NCBI GenBank assembly: GCA_032718475.1
Contig: JAUCBJ010000047.1
Location: 1 to 43,412 of the forward strand
Length of the DNA stretch: 43,412 nucleotides
From: Nemertoderma westbladi
Taxonomy: Eukaryota; Animalia; Xenacoelomorpha
Reading direction: 5' to 3'
Shown here: positions 32,725-43,412 of the stretch, one piece after another
How positions within the stretch are numbered: position 1 is the first letter of the stretch
Layout: every line of letters begins with the position of its first letter
Notes under the pieces: model-generated
The model's database searches: none
The model's input: the letters and a program-made list of their open reading frames with translations, nothing else
What the model was told of the DNA's origin: nothing
Made by a program: the position numbers and the translations under genes

Positions 32725-35024
32725 GTAGGTTATAGGATGTCCCTTTTGTGTAAATAAATGTTGAATAAATTGAGTTTCCTTGAGCTCAACTCAAATCACT
32801 TTTGATATGGTATTGGTGCGAAGTTTGTTTGTGGTGCATTTGGTGAGAATGTAATAATAATTATCTTCAGTTTGAATGGTTGAAAACCTTTCTTTACAAA
32901 ATTGTGACAATCAGATTGTTCTTGTCAAATTTAGATAGATGTTATAGAAGACCCCAAAAAATTTGTTAAAACAGGTTATTGCTAGTTCTAAATCAATTAT
33001 GGCGATATATTTGGTGCTTGGTGTTGGTGTAATAACATAATTGTAATAAAACTATTGTATGCAGTCCTTAATATTAGGCTCGATTCACAGTGTGGGGAGC
33101 TAGGTTGATCCCCTTCACACTGCTTTCTTAAACTGGCTTGATGGCATAGCTGCGCTAAGACAGTTCGCAGTGAGAACGATCCCAAACTAGCTTGAGCAAC
33201 TAATACCAGGTTCTATATAGTTCAAGCTGAGTTGTGTGAATGTGGCTTTTTTTTTAATGCATTGGCAACGATTATAGGTTTATTGGTTATGAGCCTATTT
33301 ATTTATTTTGCACTATTTAGCATGAATGTTTATTTGAATGAAACATTGGATCGCCACTTTATGTCGCTGTCAATAATTGCGTTAACAATATGATTAAATA
33401 TATTAATTAATTTATGTAAAATAAACGAACTATATAATAGTAGCTGATGTGGATGTATGTATTACTATATGTCGACAGCATGCGGTAGTGTAACCGGTCT
33501 GGGTCGGTAAGTGCAGCAGAACTCAAAGCCAGGAGCGAACAGATACAATCACCCATAGGCCGCCCTCAAAACAAACGTGTGTGTGTTGTGCCAGAAGCGA
33601 GTTCTGACACAAACTCAGACGTTGGGGTAGCGCCTCGAGTATAATTATAATCGTTTGCTGATGGCTCAGCTGTACTGACTCGCCCCAAATACCAAACTGA
33701 TCATAGATTCAGATGACAGCATGCTGCTAGCGGTCTTTATGTGACCCTGGTTAACTTTATGTGACTCAGGTATAACTGCGTGTAATAATAAAACCATGGT
33801 CATTTCAAATGTATTGTATGTACGTATAGAAAGCAAGTAGACCTAAAACGGTTTAAAACTTCATGTTTAGTCACTTGGAAATTTTAATATTAATTTGCCT
33901 GTAGTAGGCAAATCAGCAAATCGCAATTCATCACTTTAAAATGTAGACATTTTAAAATGCTGAATTGTTAATTACCAATAAACTCCACACCGTATTTACA
34001 TAATTTAAACAAAATGTTTTGCATAAATTCTGCGCTTTGGTTTCAAAATTAGAAATTACCAATCGTTGCTATATTAATTATTGCATCTGTACTTACATAT
34101 TTGCACATTTTTCACACTGCTTACACAGGCTCCACTAAAAATGAACGTTATTTTTGGTTTAAGTATATATATATAATATAGTATAAGTCTGACATCATTA
34201 AATCTGTACCTTCAATACCATCATGCACATAAAATAAACTATATTTAATTGTTTTCCTTTTGCGAAATATCATTATTTAATCGAATTGTTTTTATTGTAT
34301 TTTTCAGCATCCGGTATTAACTTTGTGAGTGCTTTGAACTGCATGCGGATAACCAATGGGATTTTAGGAATTTCCAAAAACCCTATTGGCTGGCTACTTT
34401 TTCTCTTTTCTTGAATTATTATTGTTTTTTTTCCTCAACTTTTCCTTTCTGCTGGTGGTCTTCTGTCGGCAGATTCACTCTCCCTGAATATTCATTCTGT
34501 AGAGTTGCAATGCAACATAACATTACCATCGAAAACAGCCGAACTCATAATGTTGTTGCAAGAAACTCTAAACAATTAGTAAATTACCTAATTTTCGAAT
34601 GTTTGTGTGTTGGGCGGCAAAAATGAGAATCACAGTTATCTTGTATTGTTGGTACATTTTAGATAAGATATAAATATGTATTATACACCATGTCCTGGAA
34701 TATAGTGTCGCTATTCCGGTAGCTAGACCAACCCCCCCCCCCCCCCCCCCCCCCAAATCTTCTACAAATCTTAATGAGATTGCATGAAATTTGAAACATT
34801 TGAAAAATGTAACACAATAAACGTAAAATAGCTGAGATATAAACGTTCGAAAGTTGCATAGTTTTATTCCAAAATTGTAACATTACTCAACAGCGAGTAT
34901 TAACATAGTAGTATTTAGTATTAACATTTATTAGTATTAACAGCGAGTTGTTATTTGGCACTTTACAACTTTAGAGGACATTAAGCATTGTATTGGCCTG
35001 TACATTTAGTATTGTATTTGGTGT

Positions 35025-35115
35025 TATTGTTTACGTGGTAACCAATGACGGCGTTAAGTAATATCCACTAAGGGGACATTACTTAGCGCCGTCATTGGTT
35101 ACCACGTAAACAATA
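35025..35115. repeat. 91-bp near-perfect hairpin (42-bp arms, 7-nt loop)
   Basis: tattgtttacgtggtaaccaatgacggcgttaagtaatatcc pairs with 35074-35115 with one G-T and one A-C mismatch. Confidence 0.92.
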
Positions 35116-36319
35116 GGTGGAAATTTGCCTGATAGCCAGATAGGCCTACTGCATTACCTAACGGTAGGCGGGGTATAGCTATTAATAACCAGTAGCTAAA
35201 TTATTAACATGGCTCCAAACGCCACCATAAATATAAGCCAACTTATTTATAACATAATTAATGTCATTTTTACATTTATTTATACAGCGACTAATATAAT
35301 TTGTGCAGTTTCTATCACTTATAATGTATATGTACAATCATTTCATAATTTTGGAATAAAACTACATGCATACTTGTTGCAAAGTACTTTACAATTTCTG
35401 ATCCTCGTGATTTTATTTTCACTCACTCACTAACGTTCGTTCGTGTAACAAAGCCACTCGGATCATCACTCTGTAACCACTTTACACACAAGTATGTAAA
35501 TAGTTATTACACCTGCGCAAGGTTATTTTATTCTATTTAAGAAATACCTCATATTCTAAAACACTTCATCCCATACGTAGCTGGGCAACAATGCAATAAC
35601 TCTATAATCATACTATTACGTAGCTATTCGTACATAAACAAAGTGTTCCGGAATATGGTTTATTTGTTAAATATAATTAAACAGCCTCGTGCAGGCGCAA
35701 AACCATGCAACTTTCTAACGCTTATATATCAGCTATTTTACGTTTATTGTGATACATACATAATTTGGAATGCTTGCATGGCCAGCTTTCCGTTAATATC
35801 AACAAATCGCTATAAGGTTGAAGAATAACTGCGGTGTAACTGGCGCAATACCGACGGAGACACCTTTTTCAAACGCTTGTAGCTAAAGAATGAAAGCAAA
35901 TATAAAAGTTCTGGCTCACCCAGCAGGGAGGAGGGAGGTGAAACTATCTCTGTTTCAAACTCCATGCAATCTCATTACGATTTGTAGAAAAATCTGGGGG
36001 GAGGGGAAGGGGGTCCAGGTAACTGAATAACGATAACTCTATTCCAGGACATTGTGTATATATAATATATAGATAGGAATATATTAAGATAAAATAAAAC
36101 ATTTGATAAATAGTGCAGCCTGAGTAACATTCGTGTGTTTAAAGTAAGCATGATTTGTTTGGATTGTCTTGCAATTTTTCGTAATGTGTTACATATTTGC
36201 ATGAATTTCTGGTTATTAAATTTTCATGTTACAACACGATTGAAATAGAATATAAGTACAATAATTAGACTCTGGTAATTAGGTTACACAGGCTGCACTA
36301 TAATTTACCGGTACCGGCG

Positions 36320-38191
36320 GCATCTTGGTGAGCAACTCAGTGAGCAACAACGTGGTGAGCAACTCAGTGAGCAGCGACTCAGTGAGCAGCAATTTGCTGA
36401 GCAGCAACTTGGTGAGCAGCTCAATTAGCAGTAACTTAGTGATGAGCAACTTGCTGTGTAACTCAGTGAGCAGCATCTGGGTGAGCAACTCAGTGAGCAG
36501 CAACTTTGCGACCAAATCAGTGAGCAGTAACTTGGTGGGCAATTCAGTGAGCAGCAACTTGGTGACCAACTCAGTGAGCAGTAACTTGGTGAGAATCTCT
36601 GTGAGCAACTCAGTGAGTAGCAACTTGGTGAGAAACCCTGTGATCAGCAACTTGGTGAGCAACTCAGTGAGCAGCAACTTGGTGAGCAACTCAGTGAGCA
36701 GCAACTTGTTGAGCAACGCAGTGAGCAGTAACTTGGTGAGATTCTCTGTGAGCAACTCAGTGAGTAGCAACTTGGTGAGAAACCCTGTGAGCAGCAACTT
36801 GGTGAGCAACTCAGTGAGCAGCAACTTGTTGAGCAACGCAGTGAGCAGCAACTTGGTGAGAAACCCTGTGAGCTACTTGGTGAGCAGTAACTTGGTGAGC
36901 AGCAAGGTGAGCAACTCAATTAGCAGCAACTTGGTGATGAGCAACTAGGTGCGCAACTCAGTGAACAACAACTTGGTGAGCAACTCAGTGAGCAGCAACT
37001 TGGTGAGAAACTCTGTGATCAGCATCTTGGTGAGCAACTCTGTGAGCAACTTGGTGAGCAACTCAGTGAACAACAACTTGGTGAGCAACTCAGTGTACAA
37101 CAACTTGGTGAGCAACTCAGTGCACAACAACTTGATGAGCAACTCAGTGAACAACAACTTGGTGAACATCTCAGTGAGCAGCAACTTTGGTGAGCGACTC
37201 AGTAAAAAGCATCTTGGTGAGCAACTCAGTGAGCAGCATCTTGGCGAGCAACTCAGTGAGCAGCACCTTGGTGAGAAACCCAGTGTTAGCAACTCAGTGA
37301 CCAGCAACTTGGTAAGGAGCTTTGTGAGTAGTAACTTGGTGAGAAACTCAGTGAGCAACTTGGTGAGCAGTAACTTGGTGAGCAATTTAAATTAGCAGCA
37401 ACTTAGTGATGAGCAACTTGGTGAGTAACTCAGTGAGCAGCATCTTGGTGAGCAACTCAGTGAGCAGCAACTTGGTGAGCAACTCAGTGAACAACAACAT
37501 GGTCAGCAACTCAGTGATGAGCAACTTGGTGAGCATCTCAGTGAACAGCATCTTGGTGAGAAACTATGTGAGCAATACAGTGAGCAGCAACTAGGTAAGC
37601 AACTTGGTGAGCAGCAACTTTGGTGAAGTGCAACTTGGTGAACAACTCAATTAGCAGCAATTCAGTGAGCAGCAACTTGGTGAGCAATTCAGTGAAAAGC
37701 ATCTTGGTGAGCAACTCACTGAGCAGTAACTTGGTGATCAATTCACTGAGCAGCAACTTGGTGAGCAACTCAGTGAGCAGAAACTTGGCGAGCAACTCAG
37801 TGAGCAGCAACTTGGTGAACAACGCAGTGGGCAGCAACTTAGTGAACAACTCAGTGGGCAGCAACTTAGTGAACAACTCAGTGAGCAGCAACCTGGTGAG
37901 TAACTCAGTGAGCAAATTAGTGAGCAACACAGTGAGCAGCAACTTGGTGAGTAACTCACTAAGCAGTATCTTGGTGAGCACCTGAGTGAGCAGCATCTCT
38001 TCGTGAGCAACTCACTGAGCAGTAACTTGGTGAGCAACACAGTGAGCAGCAACTTGGTAAGCAACTTAGTGAGCATCAACTTGGTGATGAGCAACTTGGT
38101 GATGAGCAACTTGGTGAGCAACTTAATTTGCAGCAACTCAGTGAGCAGCTACTCACTGAGCAGCAATTTGATGAGCATCACAGTGAGCAAC
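36320..38191. repeat. Degenerate minisatellite of about 1.9 kb built from 12- and 15-bp subunits (about 27-bp period)
   Basis: Repeating gtgagcaactca + gtgagcagcaacttg with scattered frameshifts. Confidence 0.96.
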
Positions 38192-39430
38192 AAAAATATG
38201 GTGGATCCGTCATTAACGATCCGTCAAAATCGATTCCTTCAGAGATCCCGTAGCCTGATGTATTTTGAGCATTTTGAGCATTTGAGGTCTTGACACAGAG
38301 TCGAATGATTTGATGAAACTATTAAGATACCCACCAATGTTCTTCTTGGTGGGTTCTTATTCTCTTCCAACGAGATTCTCCTTACACGATCCTTCATGAA
38401 TTTAACATGATTCTGTTTAATTGCTTTGCCGCGCCGCCATCAGGCCAATTTTATATCTTTCACTATTACCGAAAAGGGAGAGTTTAACTTTCATAACTTT
38501 AGAAAGTATTTTAATTTCTTTCTGTAGGCCAAAGTAAAGTTCATTACAACCACATACTGACATACTGACAGACTGACAAAAATATTATGACACGACCTAC
38601 TACTGTGTTGAAATTCCTACTCACTGTCTGTAAATATATACATTACATAGATCAACAGTTCTGGATGTAATCGTATATCATTAAGTATAAAATTATTAGT
38701 ATGAGTATAGAGTGTGTATTATTTTTTCTTCCATTTTCCCTTATACTAATAAAGGATATATATACGGTGTCTGAAAGCGGCCAAAATAATTCACTACTTT
38801 TTTATTTTTTGACATTTTTTTTCTTGAATTTCAACCCGTATATATCATATTAATCACAACATAATACCTATTTATTGTTACCAGATATATCATAAAAGCT
38901 ATTCCATTCTAATAAATATGGTTACAATAACAGTGAATCTAATAACATTTTCCTACATTGTGTAGTTTAGTGCATGAGTTTAGTTTCATGTTCATATGCA
39001 GTATGAAGATTGTTTTAACAAGTAATTATCACATTTTCTAATGTTTTTTTTTTTAATTCTAATTTATTGGAAACAAGTTATTTTAGTATAAATTTCAACA
39101 ATAAATTCAACAATTTATTGCTGTCCGATGTGTCCTAAAGTTCTTAATTTTTGTACGTCTGTTAAAGACCTAAAGGGGGGGGGGGGGGTGACGAATACTG
39201 GTTATTGGTTGCCCAAAAAAAATTTAAAAAATTAATTTTGTTTCGGGTTTTTTTAACCATTGGCCTTTTAGCAACGATACCTACTCAATTCATACTTAAT
39301 TAGCTATTATTTCGTAACACATTGATCGTCCCTTTTCTAACTAACTATTTCGTAAAGTTGTCCTTTATAACACACCACACTCAGAATTTAATTTATATCT
39401 CAAACATAAATAATTACTGTCTCTGTGCAG

Positions 39431-39606
39431 GGCATCAACAATCCGTTCAACCTCCGATAAGACAGCCCCAGGGCTCGAACCCTGGACCTAGTGGACAACC
39501 TGCTCATCGACGCAGCGACCAACAACCCGAACCTTCCGACGACTCCGAAATCTCCTTCATTAAAGTTAAACGGGCGTTTTCCGGAATATTCGGAGACTCC
39601 TTATAA
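39431..39606 (+). CDS. SYN: Synapsin last coding exon including domain E; the five exons in the window join to 1221 nt / 406 aa
   Basis: ctgtgcag|GG CAT; ends EISFIKVKRAFSGIFGDSL*, matching domain E (IRSLRKSFASLFSD). Confidence 0.93.
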
Positions 39607-42384
39607 TGCTTTGCGGTTCCTTTAATTACTCTTAATTGTGTTGCAGTTTATGCCATTGTCATTATCATTAATTTTAGTGAATTTAAATTAATTTAAATTT
39701 TTATTTCTTGACGCGATAACCTTAATTAGCATTCAATGAAAATATTGAACGCGAGTGGAATGGTAGGCCTACTACTGAAACTTATGTATGGTTGTCTTTT
39801 TGATTCGAGTGATCTTATATTTTGAAAGAATTAAATCAAAGTTTTTAGATAATTATTTTTCGGATGTAAACCCTAGACATAGATTAATATCCTCGGTTTG
39901 AATATTCTCCATCGTTTCATATTTAATTATAGTAATAAATGATTTTAGATTGTAAATTTTTTTGTAAGTACAAGTTTGTTTGTTCTGAATTTTTATTCGG
40001 ATTTATTTTTAGGTGCAACAAACAAATAGATAATTATTGAATTGACTGTTGCCCTGATGTGAAGAAATATTGATGGTAGATATTTAACTATTTTACTCAA
40101 ACGTTGGAACCGTATTATTATCTTCAGCTAGTTTTATGATACTTTTCTCTGACACGATGTACAAACCAGAGCTGTCTGTTTAATATTGCTATACACATAT
40201 TATATAGTTATTAATGAAATTTACAGTTATTTCACTTTATTTTGCGTGTCTAGTCTAGCCGATCAATATAGTTAACGTAGTGTCGCTGATTTTGTTCTCA
40301 CTTAGAAGGTGTTTTTTAGGATGTAAAAGATCAGATTTTATATTTTTTGCAGTAATTTTGGTTTTAATTGTGCCCGCTTCGAATATTATTGAGTAATCAT
40401 TTTGTGTTTTAGGAAAATGAATCATGTATTAATGATGTATTTGTTCTTAAGTTTGTATCACTTATATATATTATATTGTGTAGTTTGGCAAAGTCTTTCC
40501 TTTCCGTAACAACTGCAACCAAACTGTTCACATGAAAACTAAACAATACAAAACAAGAGGTATCTCTGAAGCTTTTTTATCCAATCACATTATCGTTCTA
40601 CAGTAGGCACGTCATTGGTTAGTTAACTGACTCGAACATTTGTTCTTGAACGTCAAGTTTACAATAATGAGTTTCTTCTCACTGACTGTTGTATCTGGTG
40701 TTCTACACATTGTGCTAGTGGTCTGTATTTCTGGAGTTATAGTGATATATAAAATATATTGTTATGGTCTCCTATTGTTCTGGTGCCGTGTTCTATATTC
40801 TATATTATATTCTAAATGTTCTAGAGTTCTTATGTGTAATTGATTGTGATGGTGTTCCATTGTTCGGGTGTTACATTTTATTTTCAATCTAATGTTCTGG
40901 TATTATTATATTGTTATTGTATTCTAATATATTATTACTAACGGTAATTATAATTTTGTTGTAGTGTGCTGTAAGTTTATTAAATATTATTAGCCCAAAA
41001 GTTTTAGTTTCAGTTAATGATGTAACGATCGACGTCAATGGTTTTTATAATTAATTAGTTGTCATTATTATTATTATATGTTAGTGATTCAATATATTTA
41101 AAAATTATATTGTATAAAATTTTCCGCAGTAATGTTTAGGTGTTATTGAAATACTGTTGAGTGAGTATTGTGAATTATTGGCACCATTTACAACGGGGGG
41201 GGGGGGGGGGGGGGCTGCAGCTGGACGTAAATCCCATCTCGGCGACGAATTAACAGCCAGCATGTATCAATGCTGAATTATCACTAAGGGAATGGAGCAG
41301 GTCACAGTGGCACCTTATTCTAATCTAACCAAAACAATAAGCAGCTGTTAGAATATAAATAGGGTACAGTAAAATTTTTGAGTAATGTGCATCTGCTAAT
41401 TGCCCACCCCAAACCACCCACCCCACCCCCAAATATCCGTTTATAACACGTAGTGCGTGTAATTTATTATCGCTTCCCATGGTATTTGAAATATGTTGTA
41501 TTTAATGTATGTTTTGGTATTCAATTCTAATATGATTTAAAACATTTTAGTTATAGTGCTGTATACCATTTTGTGTAAATAATACCCCATAGTCAGTAAG
41601 TGCAGTAGGCCTTATACGTCCTTCATTAATAGTTAGGTACCATAATTAAAAGGCGATTTCTAAATGAAATATCTTAAAGATGACCTGTGTTCTCAAGTTT
41701 TCATGTTAAAGTCTCCAGCACAATTTGTAAATTGATATGCGACCATATTGTTAGTCAGTTTTATTATTGTGCCAATATTTCTCGAGTGATCTATGAAAAA
41801 CTGACATTTAATAATGGTTTTTGTTATTTTTGTCAAAGCGAATTGTGGACACCCGGTGTACAACGCTATGAGCATTAAAATGGTCAATAAAATTAGTCAA
41901 AGAAATAATAGTCAATAATGTCGCCTTATATTCATTATTATAGTCGATACGTGGATTGTAATTTCACTTTATACAAAATAAACTGTTAGTTACCAGAAAT
42001 TCAATGATTTAACATAATAATTATAAATTGAATTTTTAATTATTGTCCCCCTTATTCATCCTCTAATAGTTAGTTAACTAGTTCAGTAATTGTAGATAGT
42101 CCTAAAAACCGAAAATGACTAAAATATTGACGAAAAATTAAAATTAATTTACACACATCGGTAAATCGTATTTGGATTATTATATTATTTTAGAGATTAT
42201 TTTCTCGAATATTATAATATTTTCATTTCCGAATAACGTATTTATTCTAAGACCTTGACATGTAACATTGTGAATTCAGTTCCACTTTCCAAATTGTTAA
42301 TTATTTATTCGTTTTAATAGCCTCTCATCTCGGGTTGACAATCAATCTCGCTATTGGTTCATTGCTGCTCTCCCATCTTATCGT

Positions 42385-42579
42385 TCAGTATTCCTCCTCT
42401 TCCTCCTTAGCTTCCTTTCGTGGACCCGGAGCCGCCAGATTAAGGTGCGGCTTCTTTCTATTTTTCCACGCAAAAATAATCGATGACAAATAAAAACACG
42501 TCATAAGTATGACTGCTATAGCAACCGGCACGCCCATAAACATAGAAAGCCAATGGTGCCATTCCCAATGGTCGCCCAT
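42385..42579 (-). CDS. Putative 64-aa single-pass membrane microprotein (or last exon of a longer gene)
   Basis: MGDHWEWHHWLSMFMGVPVAIAVILMTCFYLSSIIFAWKNRKK...KEAKEEEEEY: a hydrophobic segment, then a basic cluster, then an acidic tail. GC content is above the flanks. Confidence 0.5.
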   Translation of the reverse strand: MGDHWEWHHWLSMFMGVPVAIAVILMTCFYLSSIIFAWKNRKKPHLNLAAPGPRKEAKEEEEEY

Positions 42580-43009
42580 GTGTACTAAAGATTCTATATA
42601 TTTTTTAAGCAATATTTCAATTGAAGAGTTTGTGGCTCTATATTATTATTTACAACAATTTGATTAGATAAACCAGCTGAATTTACAGGTAGTTTGTTGC
42701 CTATATTACAACAGGCCACATCAGTTTAGTATCCGTAAGCGATATTGGTCAATCCTTTCAATGAAAAATGTAACTAAAAGAATGTGTAGGATTATCAATA
42801 TTTGCTAAGGGATGTTTCCAAGGTAACAAATTAAGCCTCTGATATATTATGTAATCTCAAGGTTTAATTAATTAATGACACATGGTGGGATGGGGCGTTA
42901 TATTTTTGTGGCTTAATAATAGGCTTATTTCACTGGAGGGATATGTAGCCTACTTTATGATACAGTTACAGAACTGCTACACTACGCAGGGCAAGTTGTT
43001 TTAAAAATC

Positions 43010-43412
43010 ACGTAGGATTAGCAAGAACCAGCCCACCAGCCGATCGCCTCAATGGTTGGAAGAACCACTTTGTGAATAGCTCCTCAATAATGACAGGGTA
43101 TTGCCTGATAACTTTATAGAAGTAAAAGTGTCTGAGTCTGTACTCCCAGATATTCCCATTGGCGATATCTCCTTTGCAGAAGTGAAGGCTGCTGCATAGA
43201 GTAAGTCCAATCATGCCAGTGGAGTAGATGGTGTTCCCCCTGAGGTCTTTAAATTACCTGAGTGTTTAAAGCTCATCTATCCCATCATAGTAGACATGTA
43301 CCGAACAACAAGAGTCCCACAAGAAATGAAAACTAATAAGTTGGTGCCAGTTCCCAAGAAGGGCAACCTAACACTCTATGGTTCTTTTCGGGGAACCTCA
43401 TTGATCTCGATC
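43010..43412 (+). mobile_element. Degenerate LINE ORF2 fragment (start of reverse transcriptase), running off the right edge
   Basis: ASGVDGVPPEVFK...VPQEMKTNKLVPVPKKGNL...FRGTSL matches the LINE pattern G.DG.P.E..K / P.PKKG / RGISL; an in-frame stop and a frameshift lie upstream. Confidence 0.88.

Noticed and set aside
36279-38293. Leu-rich, Ser/Asn-rich and Cys-rich ORFs
   Set aside because: Translations of a minisatellite with scattered frameshifts; not LRR or keratin-associated proteins.

Overview
AT-rich eukaryotic (bilaterian invertebrate-like) genomic DNA with spliceosomal GT-AG introns; the organism cannot be named from sequence alone. The backbone is the 3' part of a synapsin gene on the + strand: five reconstructable coding exons (26386-39606) covering the second half of domain C, a Pro/Gln/His-rich domain D and domain E. 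Its 5' exons were not found and probably lie left of the window. A complete 5-exon TIMP gene (- strand, 16791-23380) sits immediately upstream of the 'LITPKFP' exon, the known Syn-Timp nested position. The unusual part is a set of intact single-ORF male-germline genes in this locus. DMC1 (21845-22876, +) lies inside TIMP intron 1 and is therefore doubly nested. CFAP58 (27783-30530, -) lies in a downstream synapsin intron. A C2CD6/ALS2CR11 (CatSper-tau)-like gene (8958-10214, +) is probably in the same large synapsin intron as TIMP. Also present: a >=574-codon ORF running off the left edge that the ORF track misses, three LINE remnants, several MITE/foldback elements (one with a clean 9-bp TSD), two long minisatellites, a candidate frame-shifting synapsin microexon, an Otx/Egr-like motif cluster and a small transmembrane ORF. 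Homology calls are from recalled family motifs; no database search was run.
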